64,000 nucleotides of DNA. Origin: Antechinus flavipes (lineage: Eukaryota). Below, piece by piece: positions 12,515 through 22,894 of the stretch. Location: assembly GCF_016432865.1 (NCBI RefSeq), contig NC_067400.1, positions 628,990,001 to 629,054,000 on the forward strand, read 5' to 3'. A model generated the notes under the pieces. It saw only the letters and a list, made by a program, of their open reading frames with translations, made no database searches and was not told the DNA's origin. The first letter of the stretch is position 1, and each line of letters opens with the position of its first letter. A program made the position numbers and the translations under genes.

Positions 12515-14618
12515 ATGGGCTTCCACAGGCCCTTCCTGCTCTGCCTCGGTGACTGAGCCCCACCGGGGTCTAGGGGGCGAGGGGGGGGACAAGGGCTGAG
12601 GACCGAGGGAAGGAGGCAGGAAGACTGGGGGACGCAGACGAGCAGCTGTCATTGGGGGGAACTTTCTACAGGCTTCTATGTGGTCCGGGCTCTGCAAGAG
12701 TTCTGTGAGTCTTTGCGCTCCCCCCTTCCCCTCCCCCGTTCCACTTTCCCTCCCTCCTCTCCCCCCATCCCATCTCCCCCCTCCCTCTCCCGCCGGCGGC
12801 CCCGGGGGCGGGCTCTGGGCTGCGGGGGGCGGGGGCGCTCGCGGGGCGCCGGGGTCCCCCTGGACCTCCGGGCTGCCTCCCCCGCAGACGAGCTGCCGGC
12901 GCCCCGCTTGGAGGTGGAGCCCAGCTACCCGGTGCCGCTGGGGGCGACGCTGCTGCTGCGCTGCCGGGGGGCGTACGACTCGTTCAGCTACCGCTTCTAC
13001 AAGGATGCCCTGCAGGAGGCCCTGAGCCTGGAGAACTCGTGCTGGGAGAGCATGACCCCCCACCTGCGCCACCCCCAGGCCACGGCCAGGCTGGGCGGCC
13101 GCTACCGCTGCCAGTACGACTTCCACTCCTTCTGGTCCAAGGTCAGCCTGCCGCGGGACGTGCCGGTGGCCGGTGAGTGGGGGGGACGGCGAGGGAGGGG
13201 CGGACTGGGGGGAAATAGCGGGGGGAGATGCGGGAGGGGGCACGAGGGAGGCCGAGGAGCCGGGTCCCCCCCACCCCTCCCTCCTCCCCGACCCCCACAC
13301 GCCAGGGCCCCTCAGGGAGGCCGGACCGCACCTGGGGAGGGCGGGGGTGCGGGAGACGCCGCCTCTCTGCCCCTACCAGTCCCGGTTCCGTGAGCTCAGC
13401 TGGGGTCACGCCCCCTTTTTCTCTCCGCATCCTTCTGGTCGGTCGGGGGTCCCCAAGCTTTCCTTAAGCGCTTCCCGTGTGCCAGGCCCGAGGCCAGGGG
13501 GCCCAGGGAGGAGGGAAACAGCTGTTCTCGGGGCCCTGGGCTAAGGGCTGACAGCCGGGGGCGAGGGGGGGCATTGTCTTGGACTCGGGGGCTTGGGCGG
13601 GCTCTCAGCCGCTAGTCTGTCTGGGGCCGGGCTGGAGCCTGAGGCTGCCTTCGGACTCCAGCTCAGCCCTCCTGGGCACCGGCCTCTCCCCCACCGGGAG
13701 TTGCTGGCCTGGCAGGGAGTCTGGGCACTCTGCAGCCTGGAGGGAGGGAGGGGCCCCCCCACCTTTCCCATTTCCTTGTTGACCACCATCGATCACCAAG
13801 CCCAGCCCCTTTAAGGGGAGCTTCTGGAGCTTCTGGTGCAACAATCCGTCCTCTAGTTGCCAGCAAAAGTCAGGGGACGCCGGTAAGTGTTGAACACCCC
13901 GGCCTCTGCCCGATAATTCTGCCTTGTTCCCCTTTCGCCGCCTCTTTACGCTGAGTCCCGACGAGCCGTCCCAGCACCCTGCCGTGACCCCTATTGCAGA
14001 CTGACCGTTTGCCCCGGGCCCCCCTTGGGTGCATTCGCAGGGACGTTCCCGGGGGTCCCAGGCCTTTCGGAGGGGAGCCCCTCGGGCTGCCCTCAGCCGG
14101 GAGGAGACCGCGCCCCTTGATCTCCAAGGTCTCTCCTTACAGGCCTCTATGAGAAACCCTTCCTGTGGGCGACTCCCGGGCTCTCGGTGCCCGCGGGGGG
14201 GAGCGTCACCTTCCACTGTAACTCCAGCGTGGGCCTGGACACTTTCGTCCTGTACCACGGCTCGCCGGAGAGCGGCTTCCGGACCCTCGAGGCCGAGAAC
14301 GCGGGCAGGAACGAGGCCGTCGTCGCCCTCCACAACAAGACGGAGCAGATGAATGGGCAGTACAGGTGCTACGGCTACGTGAGCAGCGAGCCCCATAGCT
14401 GGTCGGCTGCCAGCGACAGCCTGGTGCTGAGCGGCGGCGGTAAGCGGCCCCGGGAACGGGGACTTGCCTCCCGCCCCGGGGGATTCTGGGCGGCAGAGGG
14501 GTCGCGCCCTCGGGCTCCACATCCCCTCCGCTCTGTTCCCACAGGGGAACTCCCTCCTGGGTGCCGGAACGCGGTTCTTCTCCACGTGGTCCTGGCCTTG
14601 GCCACACGGGCAGCTTAG
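12515..14618 (+). CDS. Gene B: LRC-type two-Ig protein, 240 aa, putative GPI signal; chimera of D-like exon 1 and E-like exons 2-5
   Basis: Exons 12515-12548 (MGFHRPFLLCL), 12672-12704, 12888-13172 (Ig1 ELPAPRL..RCRG..GRYRCQY), 14143-14439 (Ig2 LYEKPFLW..FHCNS..GQYRCYG..WSAASDSL), 14545-14618 (GELPPGCRNAVLLHVVLALATRAA*). GT-AG, phase 1. Confidence 0.9.
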
Positions 14619-14738
14619 GCCCGGCCCAGCCAGATGGGCAGTGCTGAGGCCCGGGAGAGCCAGAGCTGTTTCCCTGGACACAGACGGACGGAGTTCCCCG
14701 CTCCCCGATTCCCAAGCCCAACCTCCCGGGCAACCCCC

Positions 14739-14744
14739 AATAAA
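14739..14744 (+). terminator. Poly(A) signal of gene B
   Basis: AATAAA 120 nt after TAG. A homologous signal follows gene E. Confidence 0.7.
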
Positions 14745-14921
14745 CCGCTGATCGCATGTGCTGTGGCTCCTTGTGTCGGGGGGAAGGGGGGCCTGATGGA
14801 CAAAAGGGCCCTCGGGGACTGGGGAGGACGGAGAGGAGAGCTTCAGCACCCAGACCGGACAGTCCAGAAGGAGACAGAGAGAAGGCCCGGCCCAGCTCCT
14901 CGTTGTCCTCCGTCTCCACAG

Positions 14922-15128
14922 CCTAGAAAGTCTGCCAGGCCAGTTTCTGAGCAGCAAAGGCCACAGCGAGTCGTTTTTCCGGGCCAGGGAAGCCTGGGGA
15001 GGGGACAGAAGGGACCACAGCCTCTGGTCCGGAGCGACATGCCCGGCACATAGGGCAGGAAACGCCAGGCCCAAAAAGGAGCCCTGGACAGTGCCTGGGG
15101 CGGCTCTGGAGATTGTGGTCACGGGGCC
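14922..15128 (+). pseudogene. Possible decayed Ig exon downstream of gene B
   Basis: Strong acceptor (ctcctcgttgtcctccgtctccacag). Mixed frames give LESLP.., RVVFPGQ.. and PAHRAGNARPKKEPWTVPGAALEIVVTG, which resembles an LRC Ig exon end (..WSAPSDPLELVVTG). No donor, and shorter than a full exon. Confidence 0.4.
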
Positions 15129-15415
15129 AGAGAGGAACCCGCGGGAGGCTCCGGCCAGCACGGGCTTGAGCCGTGTACTGGGTATCGTGGTGGGATGAGC
15201 TCAGAAAAGAACGGAAAGGAAGGGAAAAGCAATGCACTGGGAGAAGGGGGAAGGGAGAGGAAGCGTGAGGGAAATTCTCTTCTATACTGGGCTGTGTGCA
15301 AAGTTTGCACATTGGAGGGGGAATAGGGAGGACGTAGCCTACCCTTCAACTTGACTCTCACATAAACTGATTTAAGGAGGAAAGAATATACATGCACACA
15401 ATGCTGGGTAAAGAA

Positions 15416-16410
15416 ACACGTCCAATAGGAACAGACAATTTTCCAATGATGAAATTGAAACTATTTCCACTCATATGAAAGAAAATCACTATTGATCAGA
15501 GAAATGCATATTAAGACAACTCTGAGATACCCCTACACATCTGTCAGATGGGCTAAGATGACAGGAAAAAATAATGATGGATGTTGGGGGGGATGTGGGA
15601 AAACTGGGACACAGATGCATTGTTGGTGGAGTTGTGAATACATCCAGCCATTCTGGAGAGCAATCTGGAATTATGCCCCAAAAGTTATCAAATTGTGCAC
15701 CCCCATTTGATCCAGCAGCGTTTCTACTGAGCTTATACCCCAAAAAGATACTAAAGAAGGGAAAGGGATCCACATGTGCAGAAATGTTTGTGGCAGCCCT
15801 GTTTGTAGTGGCTAGAAACTGGAAATTGAATGGATGCCCATCAGTTGGAGAATAAATTGTGGTATAAGAATGTTATGGAATATTATTGTTCTGTAAGAAA
15901 TGACCAGCAGGATGAATACAGAGAGGCTTGGAGAGACTTATGTGAACTGATGCTGAGTGAGATGAGCAGAACCAGGAGATCATTATATACCTCAACAACG
16001 ATCCTGTATGAGGATGTATTCTGATGGAAGTGGATTTCTTCGATAAAGAGACCTAACTGAGTTCCAATTGATAAATGACGGACAGAAGCAGCTACACCCA
16101 AAGAAAGAACACTGGGAAATGAATATAAACTGCTGGCATTTTTGTTCTTCTTCCCGGGTTATTTTTACCTTCTGAATCCAATTCTCCCTGTGCAACAAGA
16201 GAACTGTTCGGTTCTGCAAACATATATTGTATCTAGGATATACTGCAACATATCTAACATATATAGGACTGCTTGCCATCTGGGGGAGGGGGTGGAGGGA
16301 GGGAGGGGAAAAATCGGAACAGAAGTGAGTGTAAGGGATAATGTAAAAAAAAAAATTACCCTGGCATGGGCTCTGTCAATAAAAAGTTATAATTATTAAA
16401 AATAAAAAAG
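15416..16410 (+). mobile_element. 5'-truncated LINE-1 (ORF2 C-terminus + 3'UTR + A tail)
   Basis: Translates to [33 protein letters not shown]. Ends ctgtcaataaaaag plus an A-rich tail. Closely related to 44801-45885. Confidence 0.92.
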
Positions 16411-16939
16411 GAGAGAGAACAACATAAGAAAAGAAGATAGAGGAATAAACACCAATAAAAATAAAATCAAATAAAATGTCATCTCCTACATGGAAAAAAA
16501 AAATAAGGAGCCTTAAATAAACAAAGATTAACGGGGATGATCTCAGAAAAATATAAAATAAACCTAATTGAGAGATAAACAGAAAAACTACATTTTGTTT
16601 TTTAAGTCACCCATAATGAATTAATGTGACTACTAAGCATATATACATCTAAATTCTTGTTTCTTATTTAATTCAATAGTATTTACTTTTCCATCACACG
16701 TGAAGACGGCTTTCAACATTCATTTCTGTAAGACAGGGTTCCAAGCTTTTCCCCTATCCCTCCCTTAGCCGTCCCCTTTCCAAGATAGCAAGCAATCTGG
16801 GTTATAGCTGGGCCATCATTTTAAACATTTCCACGTGTCATATTGTGAAAGAAAAATCAGAACATAAGGAAAAAAACATGAGAAAGGAAAAAACAAAACA
16901 AAAGGGGGAAAATAACGTAGAATACCATAGAAGACAGAC

Positions 16940-17028
16940 CCCACAATGCTCTGGAGGGAAGTTCCCAGAGCCCCGGGGGATCTCCCCCAGCCACACCCAG
17001 GGTGACAGCGTCTTCAGTTAGGAACTGC
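16940..17028. repeat. Duplicated block X (copy 2), upstream of gene C
   Basis: Identical to 11004-11092. Confidence 0.92.
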
Positions 17029-17748
17029 ACCCCTGTGGCTGTGCTTGCCTGTTGGGGGCAGGTCTCTTGGGCCCCAAGGGCTCAGCTCCCCCCCCCACCA
17101 GCCATCCCGGGGCTCCCAGGCTCCGTTACCTTAACCCCAAATCTCTCTGGCTCCCCTGGGTTGGCCAGGAAGGGGTCCCAGGCCTTGTGGTCTTGGGTCC
17201 AGATTGGCTCAGAGTGAATGGAGACATCAAGTACTTCTGCTTTGGCCAGAAACCCAGAGGGGCCCCTCCCCCCTTCCCCCCCAGCCAGAATCCCGGGACG
17301 GCCGTTGCCTCAGCCCCACTGAGCCTGTGGGAGGCCCTGGCTGAAAAAGGCTCCCAACCCCCCCACACCGGGCCACCTGCCCTTGGCCCTTACCTGGTGC
17401 GGGCGGCCGCCCCCAGCTCCCTCCCGGGCCGTGACCCCCCCACCCTACCCCCTCCTGCTTCATTGAGCGGGCTCTGCCAGGCGACAGAAGCTCAGGGCCC
17501 CCGGGCCCTGCTGTGGGGGGGCAAAGTTAAGCTCCTCCGTGGCTCCCCAGTGGCTCGGGGCCCAGCAAGCACCTGCTGCCCCCTTCCCCCACCAGAACTC
17601 CGCGCGCCGGCCGGGAGCCCCCGCGGCACCAGAGCGTCCAGGGGGGGCTCCCCCTCGCCCTCGCCTAGGGCCCCTCCCCCGCGCCAGGCGGCCAGCAGAG
17701 AGCCCCAGGCCGAGTTCTAGAGTCCTTCCCTCTCCCAGAGGACCCACA

Positions 17749-17922
17749 TGACGTCACCACGTGAGATCCCATGGGTTACAGTGTATCCCACGGGCCTGAC
17801 CCGACCAATGGGAGCGGGGCGCATTCTGGCACGGGGAGCTGGGGGCCCAGGGAGGGGGCGGGGTCACCCCACCTCAAGGTTCCGGCCCAGCCACCTGATC
17901 CTGACCTCTCCCTATTGGGCGG
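17749..17922 (+). promoter_or_regulatory. Gene C proximal promoter: CRE, E-box, CCAAT boxes, GC boxes
   Basis: TGACGTCA 17749-17756, CACGTG 17758-17763, CCAAT 17805-17809, ATTGG 17914-17918, GGGCGG 17917-17922, in a CpG-rich region before ATG 17971. Motif match only. Confidence 0.55.
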
Positions 17923-17970
17923 AGCTGGCCTCGCCCTCCAACCTCGTGCCCAGAGCATCCCGGAGGCAGC

Positions 17971-19554
17971 ATGGAGCCCAGACTTCTGCTCCTGCTCTGG
18001 CTTGGTGAGGGTCTGCGCCCGCGGTTTGAGGGGCAGGGGGAGGGAGGAAAGGAGGAGGGGAGGGGAGAGAAGAGGAGGGAGGGGGGAGGGAAGGGAAAGG
18101 AAGGGGGGGCGGCCCTCATGGTGTCTGCCGCCTCTCTCCCAGGGCTGAGCGCCAGGATCCAGGCTGTATGTGAGTGCCCTCCCAGTCTGCACGCATTGGG
18201 TGCCAGCTGTGTAGCTGGTGCGGGCCCTGCCCGGAGAGGAGAAGGGAGGGAGGAGAGGGGATGTCCTGAGAGGGAGGGGGGAGGAAAGGCCTGGGAAGAG
18301 GAAAGGAAGAGGGGGAAAGGGACTAAGACGGAGGGGAGGGTCCAGGAGGGACCCCCTGGGGGAGGAGCGGGGCAGGGCCGCGTGCCCCCCTCCACGGCTC
18401 CCGCGGCCTCTGCAGATTTCAAGGTCCCCAGCCCCGAAATGAGGATCCGGCCCCACAACATCCTCCCGGTGGGCAGCCCCGTCACCATCAGCTGCTACAC
18501 GCCCATGATCGCCGACTACTTCCGCCTGATCCGATTGGACTTTTTAGAGGAGGGAATCGCGGGCGATGAGATCCCGTCCATTTACCCCGGGCACGAGGTC
18601 CACATGTACCACCCGGCCATCAGGCCCGAGCATGCCGCCAGGTACTACTGCCAGTACCGGCTCAGCGAATTCTGGTCCTTCCCGAGCTCCTACATGGACC
18701 TGATAATCTCAGGTGAGCGCCTCCCCTCCCCGCTTCCCACCCCCGCCATGAGCCCATCCCCCAGTCTGCCCCCTGCTCCCCCACAAGCCCCTCTGCTGCA
18801 GGGTTCTCGAGGGCTGAGAGAAGTGGAGACCCCGGCCCCCTCCGCACACACGCGGACCTGGCCAGTTCTGAGAGCTCCCCCTCCCGCCCAGGAGGCCCGC
18901 CCCCCCCCCACGTGCCCCGCCCACCCTACCTACAGCCCCAGCCTCGAAGGCCTGGGGGTTGGGGGGGGGGAGGCGCGGGCCGTGGCTGACGGGCTCCCGG
19001 TCCCTCAGGTTTCTACAGCAGCCCGCACCTGGTCATGACCCCCACCAAGGTCAAGGAGGGCGGCTCGGTGAGCGTCAAGTGCACTACGGGCGGCGAACGC
19101 CTAATCATCTGGAACCTGATCAAGGGGGTGACGGACTTCCGGGGCTACGTGACGTCCGCCGTGGACCTGCAGCTCGAGGAGACCCTGAGCAACCTGAAGC
19201 CCAGCCAGTCCGGGCAGTACGCGTGCTACGGCAACAACGGCACCCACCAGCGCCTGTGGTCCCTCCCTAGCAACTTGGTGACCCTCACCGTGGGGGAGCA
19301 GCGTAAGGAGGCGGCGCCGGCCGGGAGGGGGGGAGGGGCGGGCAGGGAATACGTGGGGGGAGACCGGGGTGCCAGGCAGGAGGAGGGGCGGGGAGCCGGA
19401 GGGACAGGGGGGGACGCCGGAGAGAGGGCCGGGGGCGCCCGTCCCCACACCCCTCTCCCTTCCCACAGGGGCCTCGGCTCCCAGGGCTGCTCGCGGGACC
19501 CACGTCAGCCGCGTGTTCCTGGCGCTGCTTCTCCTGCAGAGCCGCTGGATGTAG
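17971..19554 (+). CDS. Gene C: divergent LRC-type two-Ig protein, 245 aa, putative GPI signal
   Basis: Exons 17971-18004 (MEPRLLLLLWL), 18143-18169, 18416-18712 (Ig1 ..SPVTISCY..ARYYCQY..WSFPSSYMDL), 19009-19302 (Ig2 ..SVSVKCT..GQYACYG..WSLPSNLVTL), 19469-19554 (RASAPRAARGTHVSRVFLALLLLQSRWM*). GT-AG, phase 1. Confidence 0.9.
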
Positions 19555-19619
19555 GGCTGCCCCGCCGGGCGGGCACTAGGATGGAGCTGGACGTCTTCCC
19601 CACGCCCCCCACCCCGCTG

Positions 19620-19625
19620 AATAAA
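19620..19625 (+). terminator. Poly(A) signal of gene C
   Basis: AATAAA 65 nt after TAG, immediately followed by block Y. Confidence 0.7.
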
Positions 19626-19626
19626 G

Positions 19627-20805
19627 TGCCCCCAAAGGTGCCCAGTGAGTGGTCTGTGTGTCCGGGAGCCCCCACCCGCCTAGCGGCCTCTGCTTCCCCT
19701 GCCGGGCCCTTCCCCCGGGGCTGTCCTCCGGGTGGCTCGAAGCTGGGCACTGACCTCCCGGCCCTCGGACCCTTTCCTAGCCTTCGGGGTGCAGGCGGCC
19801 TCCGTGGGTGGGCACACGGTGAGCCAGCAGCGTCCTAGGGCAATACCTCCAAGCAGGCTGGGCCCCGACATCGGGTCACTGCGGGTGCCCGCGGGCTTGG
19901 TTTCCCCCTCCGTGTAGCCAGGGCACGGAAAGGGGCAAGTTCGGGTTCGTTTCTGCACGATTCTGAGTCCCCATGTGCCCTCCTTCCCTTCCCTGCCCCT
20001 CCCCAAGACCATGAGCAAGCTGCCGCAGGTTGTACGTAAGTGCATTTTGAGCACATTTCCACGGGAGAAAAAAAGCCACAAAACAAACGAGAAAGGAAAA
20101 AAGACGAAAGCCACGTGTCCGTCCCCACGGAGCCTCCTTCCTTCCCTGGCGCTGCGATTTTCGCTCCCGCCTCTGAGGAATGGTCCTGCCTCCCGGGGCC
20201 GTGGCTCGGGCCCAGGCTTGCTGTTCCCGGGAAGGAGGCTCTCCCGGGCCGGCCCTTCCTGTAAGCCCGGGCTTTTCTGGGAGCTGCCTGCTCGGCGTTC
20301 CCGATAGGACCCGAACGTCCCATCACTCGCACGCGGCAGTTGATCCGCTGCCCGGCTGGGGGGCGGCCGCCCCCTTCCCGGGTCCTTGCCCCTCCGCCGG
20401 GAGCTGCTGCGGTTGTTTGCCCACGTGGCCCCCGTACGGACCAGTCGCCATACTGGTATTTAACAAAGCGGGTCGGACCGACCCCCGGGGAGCACAGGAG
20501 GGGGCTGGGCCGGGGACCTTACACTGGGCACTTCGGAGAAAAGCCGGCGTTCCGCTGGGGAAGCCCCTTGCGGGGGCTCCGGTGCCGCTTGCAATCGTGC
20601 CCCCTTGTGGGGGATGAGACCGGCCCTGATTGCACGAGGATGGGCACGGACTGAGAGCGCGGACCGCGGTCAGGCCGGAGCAGCGGTGCCCATCGGGGGC
20701 GCCCCGGAGACAGGGCGGGGGCACGTGGACACTGGGTCCGGCCGGGCCTTGGTCAGAGCCGGCAGGGGGCGTGGCTCCCCAAGCCCGGGCGGTGCCTCTG
20801 GACTG
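19627..20805. repeat. Duplicated block Y (copy 2), between genes C and D
   Basis: ~99% identical to 11090-12278. Confidence 0.93.
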
Positions 20806-20894
20806 AGTACATCTGGGTCTACACTTGAAGTCACCCCTCCCCCTCTTGGCGATCCTCGGGGAGGCAGTCCTCCCCACTGGCCGGAGAGAAAGGA

Positions 20895-20983
20895 GCCGCG
20901 GCCCCGCCCTCCGCGAGTCTCCGCCCCTTTGAGAGCACTTGAACTCAGGTCCGCCTGGATCACGTGGGGCCGCTCGGGCCAAT
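20895..20983 (+). promoter_or_regulatory. Gene D promoter: GC boxes, then CACGTG-N12-CCAAT
   Basis: CCCCGCCC and CTCCGCCCC around 20900-20927, CACGTG 20961-20966, CCAAT 20979-20983. Same spacing as in the gene E promoter. Confidence 0.55.
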
Positions 20984-21053
20984 AGCAGAGCAGCTGAGGA
21001 TCCTCCTCCAGTTCCACACGCTCCCCTCGGGCTCGTGACCCTGGCTGGGCACC

Positions 21054-22894
21054 ATGTGCTTCCCTCAGCCCTTCGTGCTTTGTCTCGGTGATTGAGCCCG
21101 CCCCACCCTCCCCCCTGAGTCTTGGGGCGCGGGGATCGAGGGACAAGGGCAAGGGCTGGAGGGAGGGGGGAGAAGGGGGCGGGGCCGGGAGAGAGAGGGG
21201 CAGAGCAAAGGGTAGGCTGGGGGCGGGAGCGGGGGTGGGGCCGGCCTGGGAGTTGGGCTCAGGGCCCGGGGCACGGAGGGGGCGGGTCTGGGGGGGAATG
21301 GGGGTGTCCAGTCTGGGCGGCGGGGGTCGGGCTGCCCCTTAAGGGGGTCTGGGCGGGGCAGGCCTATTTCTTGCAGGACTGCAAGTGGTCTCCAGTGGAT
21401 TCGAAGACGTACAATTACGTAAGTGCCCCTCCCCCAACCTGTCCCTCACTAGTCCCGGGAGACCCCCGGGCGGGAAGGGGAGGGGTGGCGGGCGGGGGCG
21501 CTCCGGGCAGCCCCAGCCGGACTCTGGCCGGTCCCTTCGCAGAGATGCTGCCGCCCCCCAAGCTTTCCTTGGAACCCGGCTTTCCGGTCAAGCTGGGGGG
21601 CATGGTGTCGTACCTGTGCGTGGGCGCCTACGGCTCCGAGAGGTACCGCCTGGTCCGAGAGATCCACGGCCGCCTGCGGACCGTGATCAATCTGGAAGCC
21701 CTGTGGGGCGGCCGCGGAGCCACGTTCAACTTGACCGACCTGGTGGCGGAGCAGGCGGGGCCCTACCTGTGCGTCTACAAGTTCGGGGAGCTCTACTCCA
21801 AGAACAGTGACAAGGTCCCGCTCATTATAAGAAGTGAGTGGGGGGCGTGCTCGGGGGCCGCCTGGCGCCCTTCGGAGATGCCTCTGCCCTGGTCCCGCCG
21901 GCCAGCTCGGGAGGCCGGGGGGGAGGCCCCCCACATGCTGAGAGGTGGCTGGGGTTGGGGGCTTCCTCCGCCGGGAAGGCCTTCTCCCCCTGCTCCGCCT
22001 CGGAGCCTTTCTTCGGTCAGATGAGCCGAGTGCGGATTGTCCATTGGGAGGAGAACGCCCCGGAGCCCGGGGCGGGGACCAGGACAGGGCCGGAGCTCCC
22101 CAGATGAAGCAATGGGCAGAGGGAAAGGAGAGCCCCCAAATAATTTGTCTTCCTGGAGGCCCGCGGAGACATCGCTGGCACAGACCCGCTAGCCCTGTAC
22201 TTCGGGCACATCCCCTTAGCCTTCCTGAGCCTCAGTTTCCCCATCTGTCTAACGGGCCAAATCATCCCCAAGTCCCTCTGCTGACCTCTCAGCTCCCCCC
22301 ACCCGGTTTTGGGCGTTGTCTTCTTCGCCTCCCCGGGGAGGCCGCCCGCTCCGAGGGTCCTCTCCCCCCCCCTCCATGCCCTCTCCCCTGCTGCCGCATC
22401 CCAGACACCCCGGGGGCTGGCTGACTCCCGGCTCCCTCCCGCAGACGTCCTGGAGAGCCCCTTCCTGTGGGTCTTTCCCCCCGGCTTCGTCAGCCCGCGG
22501 CAAACCCTGTACTTCCACTGCAACTCCAGCCTGAACCTGGACAGGTACTACCTGTACCACGGGGCCATCGAGGCCAACAAGCCCTTCATCGAGCCCCTGA
22601 ACATCTCGGCGCACGAGGCCCAGTTCTACTTCCGGGAGATGCACCGGCGCCTGCTGGGCGAGTACCAGTGCCTGGCCTACCACTCCCGCAACCCCTATCA
22701 CCTGACCGGCCTCAGCAACAAGGTGCTGATCACTGCCGGTGAGTGGCCGGGCCCGGGGAGCCCCCGAGCCCCGCGCCCGGGCCCCTCACACTCTCCTCCG
22801 TCTTCGTAGGTGCCCCCCGCTGCCCGCCTCCTCCTGGACGTCGTCTGATCCCGCGGCCCTGACCGTGGCTGCCCTGGGACGGCTGCTGGCCTAG
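21054..22894 (+). CDS. Gene D: LRC-type two-Ig protein. As assembled 237 aa ending GAPRCPPPPGRRLIPRP* (22862); a GPI-like tail lies one base out of frame (to TAG 22892-22894)
   Basis: Exons 21054-21087 (MCFPQPFVLCL), 21377-21418, 21543-21833 (Ig1 MLPPPKLSL..YLCVG..GPYLCVY), 22445-22738 (Ig2 VLESPFLW..FHCNS..GEYQCLAY), last exon from 22810. AATAAA at 22949-22954. Confidence 0.87.

Noticed and set aside
13780-13890. Segment in gene B intron 3 ending GCCG|GTAAGT with an SFWSFWC translation
   Set aside because: No convincing acceptor or Ig Cys spacing, and absent from paralog E. Cannot support an exon or LTR call.
13605-15161. 518-aa minus-strand ORF
   Set aside because: Antisense shadow of GC-rich gene B exons and flank. 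Low complexity and no recognisable domain.
17100-17270. VNGDIKYFCFG, reminiscent of an Ig F strand, upstream of gene C
   Set aside because: Isolated motif without splice sites or a first Cys.
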